Of a stretch of DNA of 64,000 bases, positions 53,385 to 64,000 are shown one piece after another. The position numbers and the translations under genes were made by a program. Source of the stretch: Escherichia coli (GTDB lineage Bacteria; Pseudomonadota; Gammaproteobacteria; Enterobacterales; Enterobacteriaceae); NCBI RefSeq assembly GCF_022846255.1, contig NZ_AP025682.1; one strand, 5' to 3'. Each line of letters starts with the position of its first letter. Positions within the stretch are counted from its first letter, which is position 1. The notes under the pieces were generated by a model. It made no database searches and was not told the DNA's origin. It worked only from the letters and a program-made list of their open reading frames with translations.

Positions 53385-54653
53385 TTATTGATTAAATGCG
53401 GCGTGTAAGGCATCCACACTACGTGCCGCTCGCAGCGTGCGTCCGGGGTTACTCTGGCTTGCCAACAGCGTTTGTACCTTGCTGACAATATGCGCACCAA
53501 TAGGAATTGCTGATGTCGCTGCCGGGGAGGGCGCATTACAGGTGTGGATCGTGCGCGGGGTGGTGACAAACAGAAAATCGTCAATCAGCTTGCCGTCCGG
53601 CGATACTGCCTGCGCCCGCACACCGGGGGGCCTGGGCTGGAGATCGCTTAACGAAAGCCGGGGACAATACTTTTGCACCAGCCGCAGATAGCCGCTTTTG
53701 CACAGCGAGTTTTTCATCTCGCCCAGTCCTGAGCGTAGATGGTTTTGCAGCACCCGGCGAATCCCCGACGAGCCTAAAATCTCCAGCGTGTCACTAAATG
53801 AGAAGTCGCGCTTGCGATAGCCTTCGCGTTTGAAAGCCAGCACCGCGTTTGGCCCGACGGTCACGCTGCCGTCGATCATGCGGGTGAGATGCACGCCCAA
53901 AAACGGCATTGCCGGGTCGGGAATGGGGTAAATCAGGTGGTTAACAATCTGGTTATGCTCCGGCGCAAGGCGGAAATACTCGCCACGGAACGGGCAGATA
54001 ATAAAGCCCGGTTCGAGGCCGAGCATTTTCACCAGCCGGTCAGCCATCAGCCCGGAACAGCTAATCAGCGTCGATGCTTCATATTCACCGCCCTGACGGG
54101 TACGTATCACCACGCCGTTTTTATGCTCACTAAGGGCGCTGACTTCGGCGTTATAAATAATCTCGCCGCCTCTGGCCTGGAAGATTTTTGCCATCGCCGC
54201 CGTCACTTCGCGATAGCTGACAATGCCGCTGGACGGCACAAAAATGCCGCCAAGCCCGGTGATATTCGGTTCGCGCTCGCGCAGTTCCTCGGCGTTTAAC
54301 CACTCGCGCTCGATACCGTTCGCCGCCGTGCGTTCCCACAACGCGCGCATCCGTTCCATTTCGAGTTCAGAGGTGGCGACCAGCATCTTGCCGCAGTTGT
54401 CATAGCGAATGCCGTTTTGATCGCAAAAGGCTTTGGTGGCGCGGTTTCCCGCCAGGCAAAACTGCGCCTTCAGGCTGCCGGGCGTGTAATAGACCCCAGC
54501 ATGGATCACGCCGCTGTTGTGGCCCGTCTGGTGACAGGCCGGGCCGGACTCTTTTTCCAGCAACGCAATGCGGGCATCCGGATAAACATCAATCAGTTGC
54601 ATGGCGGTCGACATGCCGATGATGCCGCCGCCAATAATCACAAAATCATACAT
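53385..54653 (-). CDS. lhgO: L-2-hydroxyglutarate oxidase/dehydrogenase (FAD)
   Basis: Start at MYDFVIIGGGIIG (FAD-binding GxGxxG) inside the longer ORF (53385..54719). Confidence 0.93.
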   Translation of the reverse strand: MYDFVIIGGGIIGMSTAMQLIDVYPDARIALLEKESGPACHQTGHNSGVIHAGVYYTPGSLKAQFCLAGNRATKAFCDQNGIRYDNCGKMLVATSELEMERMRALWERTAANGIEREWLNAEELREREPNITGLGGIFVPSSGIVSYREVTAAMAKIFQARGGEIIYNAEVSALSEHKNGVVIRTRQGGEYEASTLISCSGLMADRLVKMLGLEPGFIICPFRGEYFRLAPEHNQIVNHLIYPIPDPAMPFLGVHLTRMIDGSVTVGPNAVLAFKREGYRKRDFSFSDTLEILGSSGIRRVLQNHLRSGLGEMKNSLCKSGYLRLVQKYCPRLSLSDLQPRPPGVRAQAVSPDGKLIDDFLFVTTPRTIHTCNAPSPAATSAIPIGAHIVSKVQTLLASQSNPGRTLRAARSVDALHAAFNQ

Positions 54654-54672
54654 CCGCTCAATTCCTTTGCGC

Positions 54673-55749
<1,077 letters not shown>

Positions 55750-56179
55750 TTACATATTGTTTTCTTATTGTGATCAAAAACAACAAATTAATAACAAATA
55801 ATGTGAGGGATAAGAATTGGGTTGAAAGGAAATGAATAATTAAAACAATATATTAAGTGTGCTTATACTCTTTTTCGAACTGGTGGCATTTGTTTAAATG
55901 CTATTTAAACTGCTTTTCCAGAGTTCAACTTACTGAGTTCCGTGTCGACTAATGTGAGTAAGATCAATCGCATCCAACCTATGTTACTTGATGGAATCGA
56001 TAACAATATTAATGAATATACAGATTCCGGGAAGGCTGGCTATGGGGGCAAATTATTCTCTTTCTGGCAACAGGTAAATAACAGTGACCATTTGTCGAGA
56101 AGCTGATACTAAGCTGAGGGATACTGTATATGTCTGGACTGTAATTGGATGAATTCTATTCAGGGCGGGTCAGGACCAA

Positions 56180-56205
56180 TAAAAAAGCCCGCATCAGCGG
56201 GCTTT
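56180..56205 (-). terminator. Rho-independent terminator downstream of ssrA
   Basis: Plus strand aaaaaagcccgcatcagcgggcttt, i.e. hairpin plus T-run on the minus strand; about 128 nt beyond the mature tmRNA 3' end. Confidence 0.7.
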
Positions 56206-56332
56206 AATGTCATAGGGAGTCGCGACTCCGTTGCGTATCCTTTTTTGTCTCCTCACCGTCTGGTCGGTGTCCTGCTGAGACTTATAACTTCCTGTTTTTG
56301 TTGGTGTAGTCCTTACACCGTCCAATCATGAT

Positions 56333-56695
56333 TGGTGGAGCTGGCGGGAGTTGAACCCGCGTCCGAAATTCCTACATCCTCGGTACTACATGCTTAGTCA
56401 GTCTTTACATTCGCTTGCCAGCTGCGGACGGACACGCCACTAACAAACTAGCCTGATTAAGTTTTAACGCTTCAACCCCAGGCAGGGCTTCCACGCGATC
56501 TCTTTTGGGTTTGACCTCTCTTGATCCCCGTCCTAAGAGCGGAGGCTAGGGAGAGAGGGCTCTAAGCAGGTTATTAAGCTGCTAAAGCGTAGTTTTCGTC
56601 GTTTGCGACTATTTTTTGCGGCTTTTTACGAGGCCAACCGCCCCTCGGCATGCACCTTGGGTTTCGCAAATCCCGTCGAATCCAGAATCAGCCCC
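56333..56695 (-). ncRNA. ssrA: tmRNA (transfer-messenger RNA, SsrA)
   Basis: Reverse complement begins GGGGCTGATTCTGGATTCGACGGGATTTGCGAAACCCAAGGTGCATGCCGAGGGGCGG and ends ...GGTTCAACTCCCGCCAGCTCCACCA; 363 nt; tag-coding region present. Confidence 0.97.
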
Positions 56696-56908
56696 AATGT
56701 GTAACGGTAAGTATACCAGATTTATGAGCAGCATGACTAGCCCAAAACGCGTTATCATCCTGGAATTAGCGCCTGCATAGTATGATTTTTTTCGATTAAG
56801 CAATGGGATGGCTACATCTGTGTCAGATTTGACAGTCGATAAGATGTTCATTCGCGCCACCGGATAGGGAGGCGCGGTGAGGATTTGATTAGTATCGCTT
56901 ATATAGGT

Positions 56909-57391
56909 TTAACGATGGGCGTTTTTCATGATACGCGCTTTATCCACCTGCCATTCGCGTTCTTTGATATCTGAACGTTTATCGTGCTGTTTTTTACCTT
57001 TGGCGACGCCGATTTTCACTTTGCACCAGGCATTTTTCCAGTACAGGGAGAGCGCCACTACGGTATAGCCTTCTCGATTGACGCGACCGTACAATGAGTC
57101 CAGTTCGCGCTGGTTGAGAAGTAACTTGCGGGTACGGGTAGGATCGCACACCACATGCGTGGAGGCCACAGCCATTGGCGTGATGTTAGCGCCAAACAGA
57201 AATGCCTCTCCGTCACGCAGAAGGACGTAGCTGTCGCTGATATTGGCTTTTCCTGCACGCAGGGATTTAACCTCCCAGCCTTGCAGGGCAAGTCCCGCCT
57301 CGAACTCTTCTTCGATAAAGTATTCGTGCCGGGCGCGCTTGTTAAGCGCGATGGTCGCTGAACCAGGTTTATGTGCTTTTTTCTTCGTCAT
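56909..57391 (-). CDS. smpB: SsrA-binding protein
   Basis: 160 aa [33 protein letters not shown]; adjacent to ssrA. Confidence 0.96.
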
Positions 57392-57522
57392 AAGCGTCGT
57401 GAATCATCGGTAATCTGAAATCGAAAACACCCCATATCAATCCTGCGGGGGACAAGGCTCTATCTTAGCATGAACCCGATGTTACCCAGCGCCGGGATAG
57501 CGTTTTTTTTACAGCAGGATAA

Positions 57523-57999
57523 ATGATATTATTTGTTGGATTTTTGTTGATGGAAATTGTTATGCCTCAGATTAGCCGGACCGCACTGGTACCCTACAGC
57601 GCGGAGCAAATGTATCAGTTAGTGAATGACGTTCAGTCTTATCCTCAGTTTTTGCCGGGATGTACCGGAAGTCGGATTCTGGAGTCCACTCCTGGGCAGA
57701 TGACTGCGGCGGTAGATGTCTCTAAGGCTGGGATCAGCAAAACGTTTACTACCCGCAACCAGTTGACGAGTAACCAAAGTATTCTTATGAATCTGGTGGA
57801 TGGGCCGTTCAAGAAATTGATCGGTGGATGGAAGTTTACGCCGCTGAGCCAGGAGGCGTGTCGTATCGAGTTTCATCTCGACTTTGAGTTTACCAATAAG
57901 TTGATTGAACTCGCCTTTGGTCGCGTGTTTAAAGAGCTGGCGGCTAATATGGTCCAGGCTTTTACGGTTCGTGCGAAAGAGGTTTACAGTGCCAGGTAA
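57523..57999 (+). CDS. ratA: Ribosome association toxin / SRPBCC-family protein (PasT)
   Basis: 158-aa ORF; an internal Met ([12 protein letters not shown]) at 57565 is an alternative start. Confidence 0.85.
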   Translation: MILFVGFLLMEIVMPQISRTALVPYSAEQMYQLVNDVQSYPQFLPGCTGSRILESTPGQMTAAVDVSKAGISKTFTTRNQLTSNQSILMNLVDGPFKKLIGGWKFTPLSQEACRIEFHLDFEFTNKLIELAFGRVFKELAANMVQAFTVRAKEVYSAR

Positions 58000-58279
58000 A
58001 ATTGCCGTTGAGGTGGCTTATGCGCTACCTGAGAAGCAGTACCTGCAGCGCGTGACGCTGCAGGAGGGTGCGACGGTTGAAGAAGCTATTCGCGCCAGTG
58101 GCTTGCTGGAATTGCGTACCGATATCGATTTAACTAAAAACAAAGTCGGCATTTATAGCCGTCCGGCAAAACTGAGCGATAGTGTGCATGATGGCGATCG
58201 GGTGGAGATTTATCGCCCTCTCATTGCCGATCCGAAAGAGCTGCGCAGGCAACGAGCAGAAAAATCAGCGAATAAATAA
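57989..58279 (+). CDS. ratB: RatB (UPF0125 family) protein
   Basis: Probable GTG start at 57989 giving (M)[19 protein letters not shown], 96 aa; overlaps the ratA stop. Confidence 0.8.
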
Positions 58280-58285
58280 CAGACA

Positions 58286-58317
58286 GAAAAAAGGTGCTCA
58301 TTGAGCACCTTTTTTAA
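58286..58317. terminator. Bidirectional hairpin terminator between ratB and bamE
   Basis: Stem aaggtgctca/tgagcacctt flanked by an A-run upstream and a T-run downstream. Confidence 0.75.
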
Positions 58318-58340
58318 CGTCTTTGAGAGCAACTTTATGA

Positions 58341-58682
58341 TTAGTTACCACTCAGCGCAGGTTTATTATCAATATTGGTCAACACCCCGCTACTATTAAA
58401 GGTCAGCGTCAGCGTTTGCTGCGTTACACCTTCATGACCTGGTTGCTGGCGGAAGACATAGAACCAGGTATTCGTACCAAATGGATCGGACATCAGCGGT
58501 GTACCCAATGCGTACGCAACTTGTTGTTGCGTCATGCCAACACGTATTTTGGATACGTCGTTAGCGGTCAGATAATTCCCCTGGTTGATGTCAGGACGGT
58601 AAACCACTCGCTCCAGAGTGGAACAGCCTGCGGTCAACATCAATAGTACTGCTGCTGCAGCAGTCAGCGTTTTACAGCGCAT
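58341..58682 (-). CDS. bamE: Outer membrane protein assembly factor BamE (lipoprotein)
   Basis: 113 aa; lipobox LTAGCS. Confidence 0.94.
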
Positions 58683-58830
58683 AGTGATTTGATTCCTTTT
58701 CGGGCCCGAGCAGTACGTGGCTCATCTGTAATATGCCGATGATAATAGACCTTTCATCACTTTAAAACCTTTTGCTTTCCGGTCTTACGGCGTTTTGCTG
58801 TTTACTCTGACCGTGAAGCAGGAAAAAAGT

Positions 58831-60492
58831 TTACGCCGCAAGCAGTTCTTTCGCATTCGCCAGTGTGTTACGTGTGACTTCACTGCCACCAAGCAGGCGC
58901 GCCAACTCTTGTAACCGCGCTTTTTTATCCAGGGATTGCATATGCGTTTCTGTCATCGCACCATCGGTTTCTTTGCTGACAAAATAGTGTTGATGACCAC
59001 ATCCCGCGACTTGTGGCAGGTGGGTAACACACATCACCTGAGTTGATTCGCCAAGTTGACGTAGCAGTTTGCCGACAACTGCCGCTGTTGGGCCGCTAAT
59101 CCCTACATCCACTTCATCAAAAATCAGTGCCGGGGTTTCCATTTTACGCGCGGTAATGACCTGGATTGCCAATGCGATGCGGGACAACTCACCACCGGAT
59201 GCGACTTTGGCAATAGGCTGCATTGGCTGACCTGGGTTGGTGGTTACCCGAAACTCAATACGATCAGCGCCGTCAGCGCCCAGGTGATGCTCGTCAAATT
59301 TAACATCGATCGTAAACTGCCCATGTGGCATAGAGAGTGCATGCATACTATCGGTGATCAGCTGTGCCAACTCATTTGCATAATGCTGGCGTTGCTGGTG
59401 TAACGCGCGCGCCGTTTCCAGTGCCTGCTGATGATGTTTCGTTACCGCCAGCGCGAGCGTTTCTTGTGAGTCGGCCTGATCGTCCAGTTGCTGCTGTTCT
59501 TCCAGTAGCGACTGGTAATACTGTGGCAATGCCTCAGGGCTGACGTGATGTTTACGTGCCAGCGAAATCTGTTTTGAGATGCGCTGTTCAAGTTCAAACA
59601 GTCGGTTGGGATCGAGATCCAGACGATCGCAGTAGTGGCGCAGTTCATCACTGGCTTCAGCAATCTGGATGGTAGCCTCTTCCAGCATATCAAGTACGCC
59701 GGACAGTTTGCTGTCCATGCCAATCAATTCGCTCACCAGTTGTTTAGCCGTGTAAAGTTGACTTTGCAGGTTTGCGTCTTCACCGTCAGCCATTAATGCC
59801 AATGCATTCTGGCTGGTGGTCAGCAATTGACCGCTGTTCGCCAGACGTTTGTACTCTTCGTCGATTTGCTCAAACTCTCCAGGCTGCGGATTAAATTCGT
59901 TAAGTTCTTTTAATTGGTATTGCAGCAGCTCCGCACGAGCGGCGCGTTCCTGACTTAACTGTTGATGATGCGCGAGGTCACGGCAGCTTTGATGCCACAA
60001 ATGATAACGTGCGGTCATTTCCTGGAGCTGAGAGGTTTCATTGGCATAGCCATCAAGCAGGAATTTTTGGTGCTCGGGTTTGGTGAGTAACTGATGAGCG
60101 TGCTGACCATGGATCTGAATCAGCAACTGACCCAGTTCGCGCAGTTGTGACAGAGGAACAGCTGTACCGTTGATGAAACCACGGGAGCGACCATCGCTGC
60201 TGATTACGCGACGAAGCAAACATTCATGCCCGTCTTCAAGCTGGTTTTCTTCCAGCCAACGCAGGGCCGCTGGCGTATCTTTCAGAGAAAAACGGGCGCA
60301 CAGGTCGGCACGAGCAGCGCCGGTACGCACCATGTCGGCTTCAGCGCGACCACCGAGACAAAGGCCGAGGGCATCTATTGCAATAGATTTACCCGCGCCG
60401 GTCTCGCCAGTTATTACGGTCATGCCGCTATGAAAATCAATCTCAAGCTCACGAACGATAGCAAAGTTGCTGATGGTCAGTTGTGCCAACAT
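58831..60492 (-). CDS. recN: DNA repair protein RecN (SMC-like ATPase)
   Basis: 553 aa; Walker A GETGAGKS at the N-terminus and coiled-coil middle. Confidence 0.96.
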   Translation of the reverse strand: MLAQLTISNFAIVRELEIDFHSGMTVITGETGAGKSIAIDALGLCLGGRAEADMVRTGAARADLCARFSLKDTPAALRWLEENQLEDGHECLLRRVISSDGRSRGFINGTAVPLSQLRELGQLLIQIHGQHAHQLLTKPEHQKFLLDGYANETSQLQEMTARYHLWHQSCRDLAHHQQLSQERAARAELLQYQLKELNEFNPQPGEFEQIDEEYKRLANSGQLLTTSQNALALMADGEDANLQSQLYTAKQLVSELIGMDSKLSGVLDMLEEATIQIAEASDELRHYCDRLDLDPNRLFELEQRISKQISLARKHHVSPEALPQYYQSLLEEQQQLDDQADSQETLALAVTKHHQQALETARALHQQRQHYANELAQLITDSMHALSMPHGQFTIDVKFDEHHLGADGADRIEFRVTTNPGQPMQPIAKVASGGELSRIALAIQVITARKMETPALIFDEVDVGISGPTAAVVGKLLRQLGESTQVMCVTHLPQVAGCGHQHYFVSKETDGAMTETHMQSLDKKARLQELARLLGGSEVTRNTLANAKELLAA

Positions 60493-60520
60493 AGTTGTTT
60501 TCCTGTATGAAAAACCATTA

Positions 60521-60558
60521 CTGTTATTGTGTACAGTATAAACTGGTTTTATATACAG
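60521..60558 (-). promoter_or_regulatory. Two LexA (SOS) boxes of the recN promoter
   Basis: CTGttattgtgtaCAG (60521-60536) and CTGgttttatataCAG (60543-60558), both CTG-N10-CAG; a weaker third candidate lies at about 60503. Confidence 0.85.
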
Positions 60559-60577
60559 TAAAGAGGCTGGCGTAAAA

Positions 60578-61456
60578 TTAGAATAATTTTTTTGACCAGC
60601 CGAGCTTGGTGCTTAATGTATTGAAATAACTGTAATCTTTCGGATGAATCAGATTCAGATGGTAATCACAGCGACGAATCAGGACATCTTCACCTTCCTG
60701 AATCGGAAGTGCTATCTGGCTGTCGCAACTGATTTCCAGGTCGTTACGGCGATGCGAAAAACGTAGACGGATCGTGCTGCTGCTGTTTATGACCAGTGGT
60801 CGTGCTGACAACGTATGCGGGAACATGGGCACCAGGGTAATCGCATCCAGAGAGGGTGTCAGAATAGGACCGCCCGCAGAGAGGGAATATGCGGTGGAGC
60901 CTGTTGGCGTCGAAATAATCAGTCCATCGGAACGCTGCGAAAACGCAAAGATCTCGTCGATATACACTTCGAACTCAATCATATGCGCCACTTTGCCAGG
61001 ATGAAGTACCACTTCGTTAATCGCCGTGCTGATGCGTTTCTGGCAATCTTGCTGACAGACTTGCGCTTCCAGCAAAAAACGTTTCTCGCTGATGTAGTGG
61101 CCTTCCAGCACATCGGCTAATTGTTGCTGGGCGTTATCGGGATCAAGGTCAGTCAGGAAACCCAGGTTGCCACGGTTGATTCCAATAACTTTAATATCGT
61201 AGCGGGCGAGCGTGCGCGCCGCGCCCAGCATATTACCGTCGCCGCCAACGACAACCGCGAGATCAGCCTGTTGCCCAATCTCCGCGAGCGTGCCAGTTTT
61301 CACATTCTTCAGTTGCAGTTCGTGAGCGATTTGTTGCTCAACGATGACCTCGTAACCTTTTGTGCACAGCCAGCGGTAGAGCATTTCATGTGTTGTCAGT
61401 GCAGTGGGGTGCCGTGGGTGTCCCACAATGCCAATACACTTGAAATGATTATTCAT
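60578..61456 (-). CDS. nadK: NAD kinase
   Basis: 292 aa; GGDG motif ([11 protein letters not shown]). Confidence 0.95.
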
Positions 61457-61503
61457 TTTTCCGAGGTCCTTGTTGCGAAGATTGATGACAATGTGAGTGC
61501 TTC

Positions 61504-61531
61504 CCTTGAAACCCTGAAACTGATCCCCATA
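61504..61531 (+). promoter_or_regulatory. Sigma-32 heat-shock promoter of grpE
   Basis: CTTGAAA (61504-61510), 13-nt spacer, CCCCATAA (61524-61531), matching the CTTGAAA-N13-15-CCCCATnT consensus. Confidence 0.85.
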
Positions 61532-61545
61532 ATAAGCGAAGTTAG

Positions 61546-62172
<627 letters not shown>

Positions 62173-62193
62173 TTTCTGCTTTCGTAATAAATC

Positions 62194-62226
62194 ACGGCCC
62201 AGCATGCGAATGCCGGGCCGTTTTCG
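62194..62226. terminator. Hairpin terminator between convergent grpE and yfjD
   Basis: Stem cggccc...gggccg followed by ttttcg. Confidence 0.7.
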
Positions 62227-63489
62227 TTACTCCGCCACACTCTCGCGCAGCGGTTTTACAGGAAAAACTTTTACCTGCTTAATCATATTGTCCTGTACGT
62301 CGAGAATATCGATATCGTACTCGCCTATACGCACGCGGGTGCCTGCTACCGGGATCTCCTCCAGCGCTTCCAGAATGACGCCGTTAACAGTACGAGCATC
62401 ATCTTCCGGTAGATGCCAGTTAAAGGCTTTGTTAATTTCTCGCACGTTGGCAGTGCCATCAATAATCACCGAACCGTCGTTTTGCGGCGTGACCTCTTCG
62501 GCAAGTGTTGGCGACATCGACGTGGTGAAATCGCCGACAATCTCTTCGAGAATATCTTCGACCGTCACCAGTCCCTGAATGTCTCCATACTCGTTGACGA
62601 CCAGGCCGACTTTCTTTTTGTTGCGCTGAAACTTCACCAACTGTGTGCTGAGCGGCGTACCCTCCGGGACAAAATAGATCTCGTCCGCGGCGCGTAGCAT
62701 GGTTTCTTTGGTGAACTCTTTTTTCTCCGACATGAGTCGCCAGGCTTCACGCACACGCAGCATACTGATGGCGTCGTCCAGCGAATCACGGTAGAGCACG
62801 ATGCGCCCGTGAGGTGAGTGGGAGAGTTGGCGCAGAATCGATTTCCAGTCATCGTTGATATCAATACCGATAATTTCACTGCGCGGCACCATGATGTCAT
62901 CGACGGTCATCTTTTCCAGATCGAGCACCGACAGCAGCATATCCTGATTGCGACGGGAAATTTGTGAGCGTGATTCGTGCACGATGGTACGCAACTCTTC
63001 TTTGCTTAAAGAGCCGCTAACCACGATATCGGTTTTGATGCCCATCATGCGCATTAACATGCGGGTAATAGCATTCAGCAACCAGACCAGCGGCATCATC
63101 AAAATTTGCAGCGGAGCCAGTAGAAAACTACTCGGATAAGCGACTTTTTCCGGGTACAGCGCGGCAATGGTTTTCGGCAATACCTCAGCAAAAACCAGTA
63201 CGACAAAAGTCAGCACACCAGTTGCAATTGCCACGCCCGCATCGCCGTACAAACGCATCCCAACAATAGTGCCGAGCGCGGAGGCAAGAATATTGACCAG
63301 GTTATTGCCGATTAACACCAGGCTTATCAGGCGGTCTGGCTTACGCAGCAATTTTTCGACGCGTTTGGCCGAGCGATTACCCTGTTTCGCCATATGTCGA
63401 AGACGATAGCGGTTGAGAGTCATCATTCCGGTTTCGGACCCGGAAAAATAGGCTGAAATGACCACCATGATGATCAGAATAATGATCAA
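62227..63489 (-). CDS. yfjD: CorC/HlyC-family membrane protein (DUF21 + tandem CBS + CorC-HlyC domains)
   Basis: 420-aa ORF from the first ATG; an upstream in-frame non-ATG start after the aggag RBS is possible (the reference protein may be slightly longer). Confidence 0.85.
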   Translation of the reverse strand: MIIILIIMVVISAYFSGSETGMMTLNRYRLRHMAKQGNRSAKRVEKLLRKPDRLISLVLIGNNLVNILASALGTIVGMRLYGDAGVAIATGVLTFVVLVFAEVLPKTIAALYPEKVAYPSSFLLAPLQILMMPLVWLLNAITRMLMRMMGIKTDIVVSGSLSKEELRTIVHESRSQISRRNQDMLLSVLDLEKMTVDDIMVPRSEIIGIDINDDWKSILRQLSHSPHGRIVLYRDSLDDAISMLRVREAWRLMSEKKEFTKETMLRAADEIYFVPEGTPLSTQLVKFQRNKKKVGLVVNEYGDIQGLVTVEDILEEIVGDFTTSMSPTLAEEVTPQNDGSVIIDGTANVREINKAFNWHLPEDDARTVNGVILEALEEIPVAGTRVRIGEYDIDILDVQDNMIKQVKVFPVKPLRESVAE

Positions 63490-63533
63490 CGTAGTAGTAG
63501 AAATGTGTTCCAGGGGAAACTCCTTTTCTGGGG

Positions 63534-64000
63534 TTAGCTGATTAACTGCTGGACAATTCGGCTGCCGAAGTAGGCCAGTGTCAGAATGACTGCACCCGCA
63601 ACGTTAAACCAGACGACGCGGCGTCCACGCCATCCTTCATGATAATGTCCCCACAGCAGCACAATATAGACAAACCACGCCACGATAGAGAGCACGGCCT
63701 TGTCGATATTTTCCATGCTAAATAAGTTGTGCATGTAGAACAGGCCAGTGCAAAGAGTGAGCGTTAGCAGCACCACGCCAATCTGCGTGATATGGAACAT
63801 TTTACGCTCGATACTCATCAATGGAGGCATTTCCTGGTTAAACGCCAGCTTCTTGTTCTTCAGTTGGTAATCAATCCACGCCAGTTGCAGCGCGTACAGG
63901 GCAGCGATAATTAGCGTGGCATAGGAAAAAAGCGATAAGCCAATGTGCACCAGCATCCCCGGCGTTGCTTCCAGATGGGTGATGTATTCATTGGGCATAA
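63534..64000 (-). CDS. ypjD: Inner-membrane protein, cytochrome c assembly-like, partial (N-terminus beyond the window end)
   Basis: Hydrophobic ORF running to the window edge; I recall the full-length protein as longer, starting upstream of the internal Met at 63998. Confidence 0.75.
   Translation of the reverse strand, partial: MPNEYITHLEATPGMLVHIGLSLFSYATLIIAALYALQLAWIDYQLKNKKLAFNQEMPPLMSIERKMFHITQIGVVLLTLTLCTGLFYMHNLFSMENIDKAVLSIVAWFVYIVLLWGHYHEGWRGRRVVWFNVAGAVILTLAYFGSRIVQQLIS

Noticed and set aside
56149-56331. 60-aa plus-strand ORF in the ssrA 3' flank
   Set aside because: No RBS, it overlaps the ssrA terminator hairpin, and its composition is non-coding-like; probably a chance ORF.

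Overview
This 64 kb window is Escherichia coli-type core chromosome, in reverse orientation to the usual K-12 map, and I found no novel or undescribed multi-gene system in it. Every long open reading frame with coding plausibility is a recognisable housekeeping or metabolic gene, identified by my recall of the E. coli proteins rather than by any search. Gene order is: hycE (3' end)-hycFGHI, ascBF/ascG, hydN-hypF, norWV/norR, gutQ-srlRMDBEA, mltB, pncC-recA-recX-alaS, csrA, a serV-argV/Y/Z/Q tRNA array, yqaBA, gshA, micA sRNA, luxS, emrBA-emrR, ygaHZ, ygaY, proXWV, nrdFEIH, ygaM, ygaC, alaE, stpA, ygaPV, yqaE, kbp, csiR-gabPTD-lhgO-csiD, ssrA (tmRNA), smpB, ratAB, bamE, recN, nadK, grpE, yfjD, ypjD (partial). 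There is no CRISPR array, IS element, integrase, restriction-modification or other defence cluster. The most notable observation is structural: only about 680 bp separate csiD from the tmRNA gene, so the ssrA-adjacent site that carries the CP4-57 prophage and further accessory DNA in K-12 is unoccupied here. Secondary points are an apparently intact ygaY, the micA sRNA, the small protein gene yqaE missing from the ORF track, and regulatory sites readable directly from sequence (LexA boxes, a sigma-32 promoter, a sigma-54 promoter with three NorR sites). Most other ORFs in the supplied track are antisense or overlapping artefacts. Several start codons were moved downstream of the longest-ORF start to match known N-termini.
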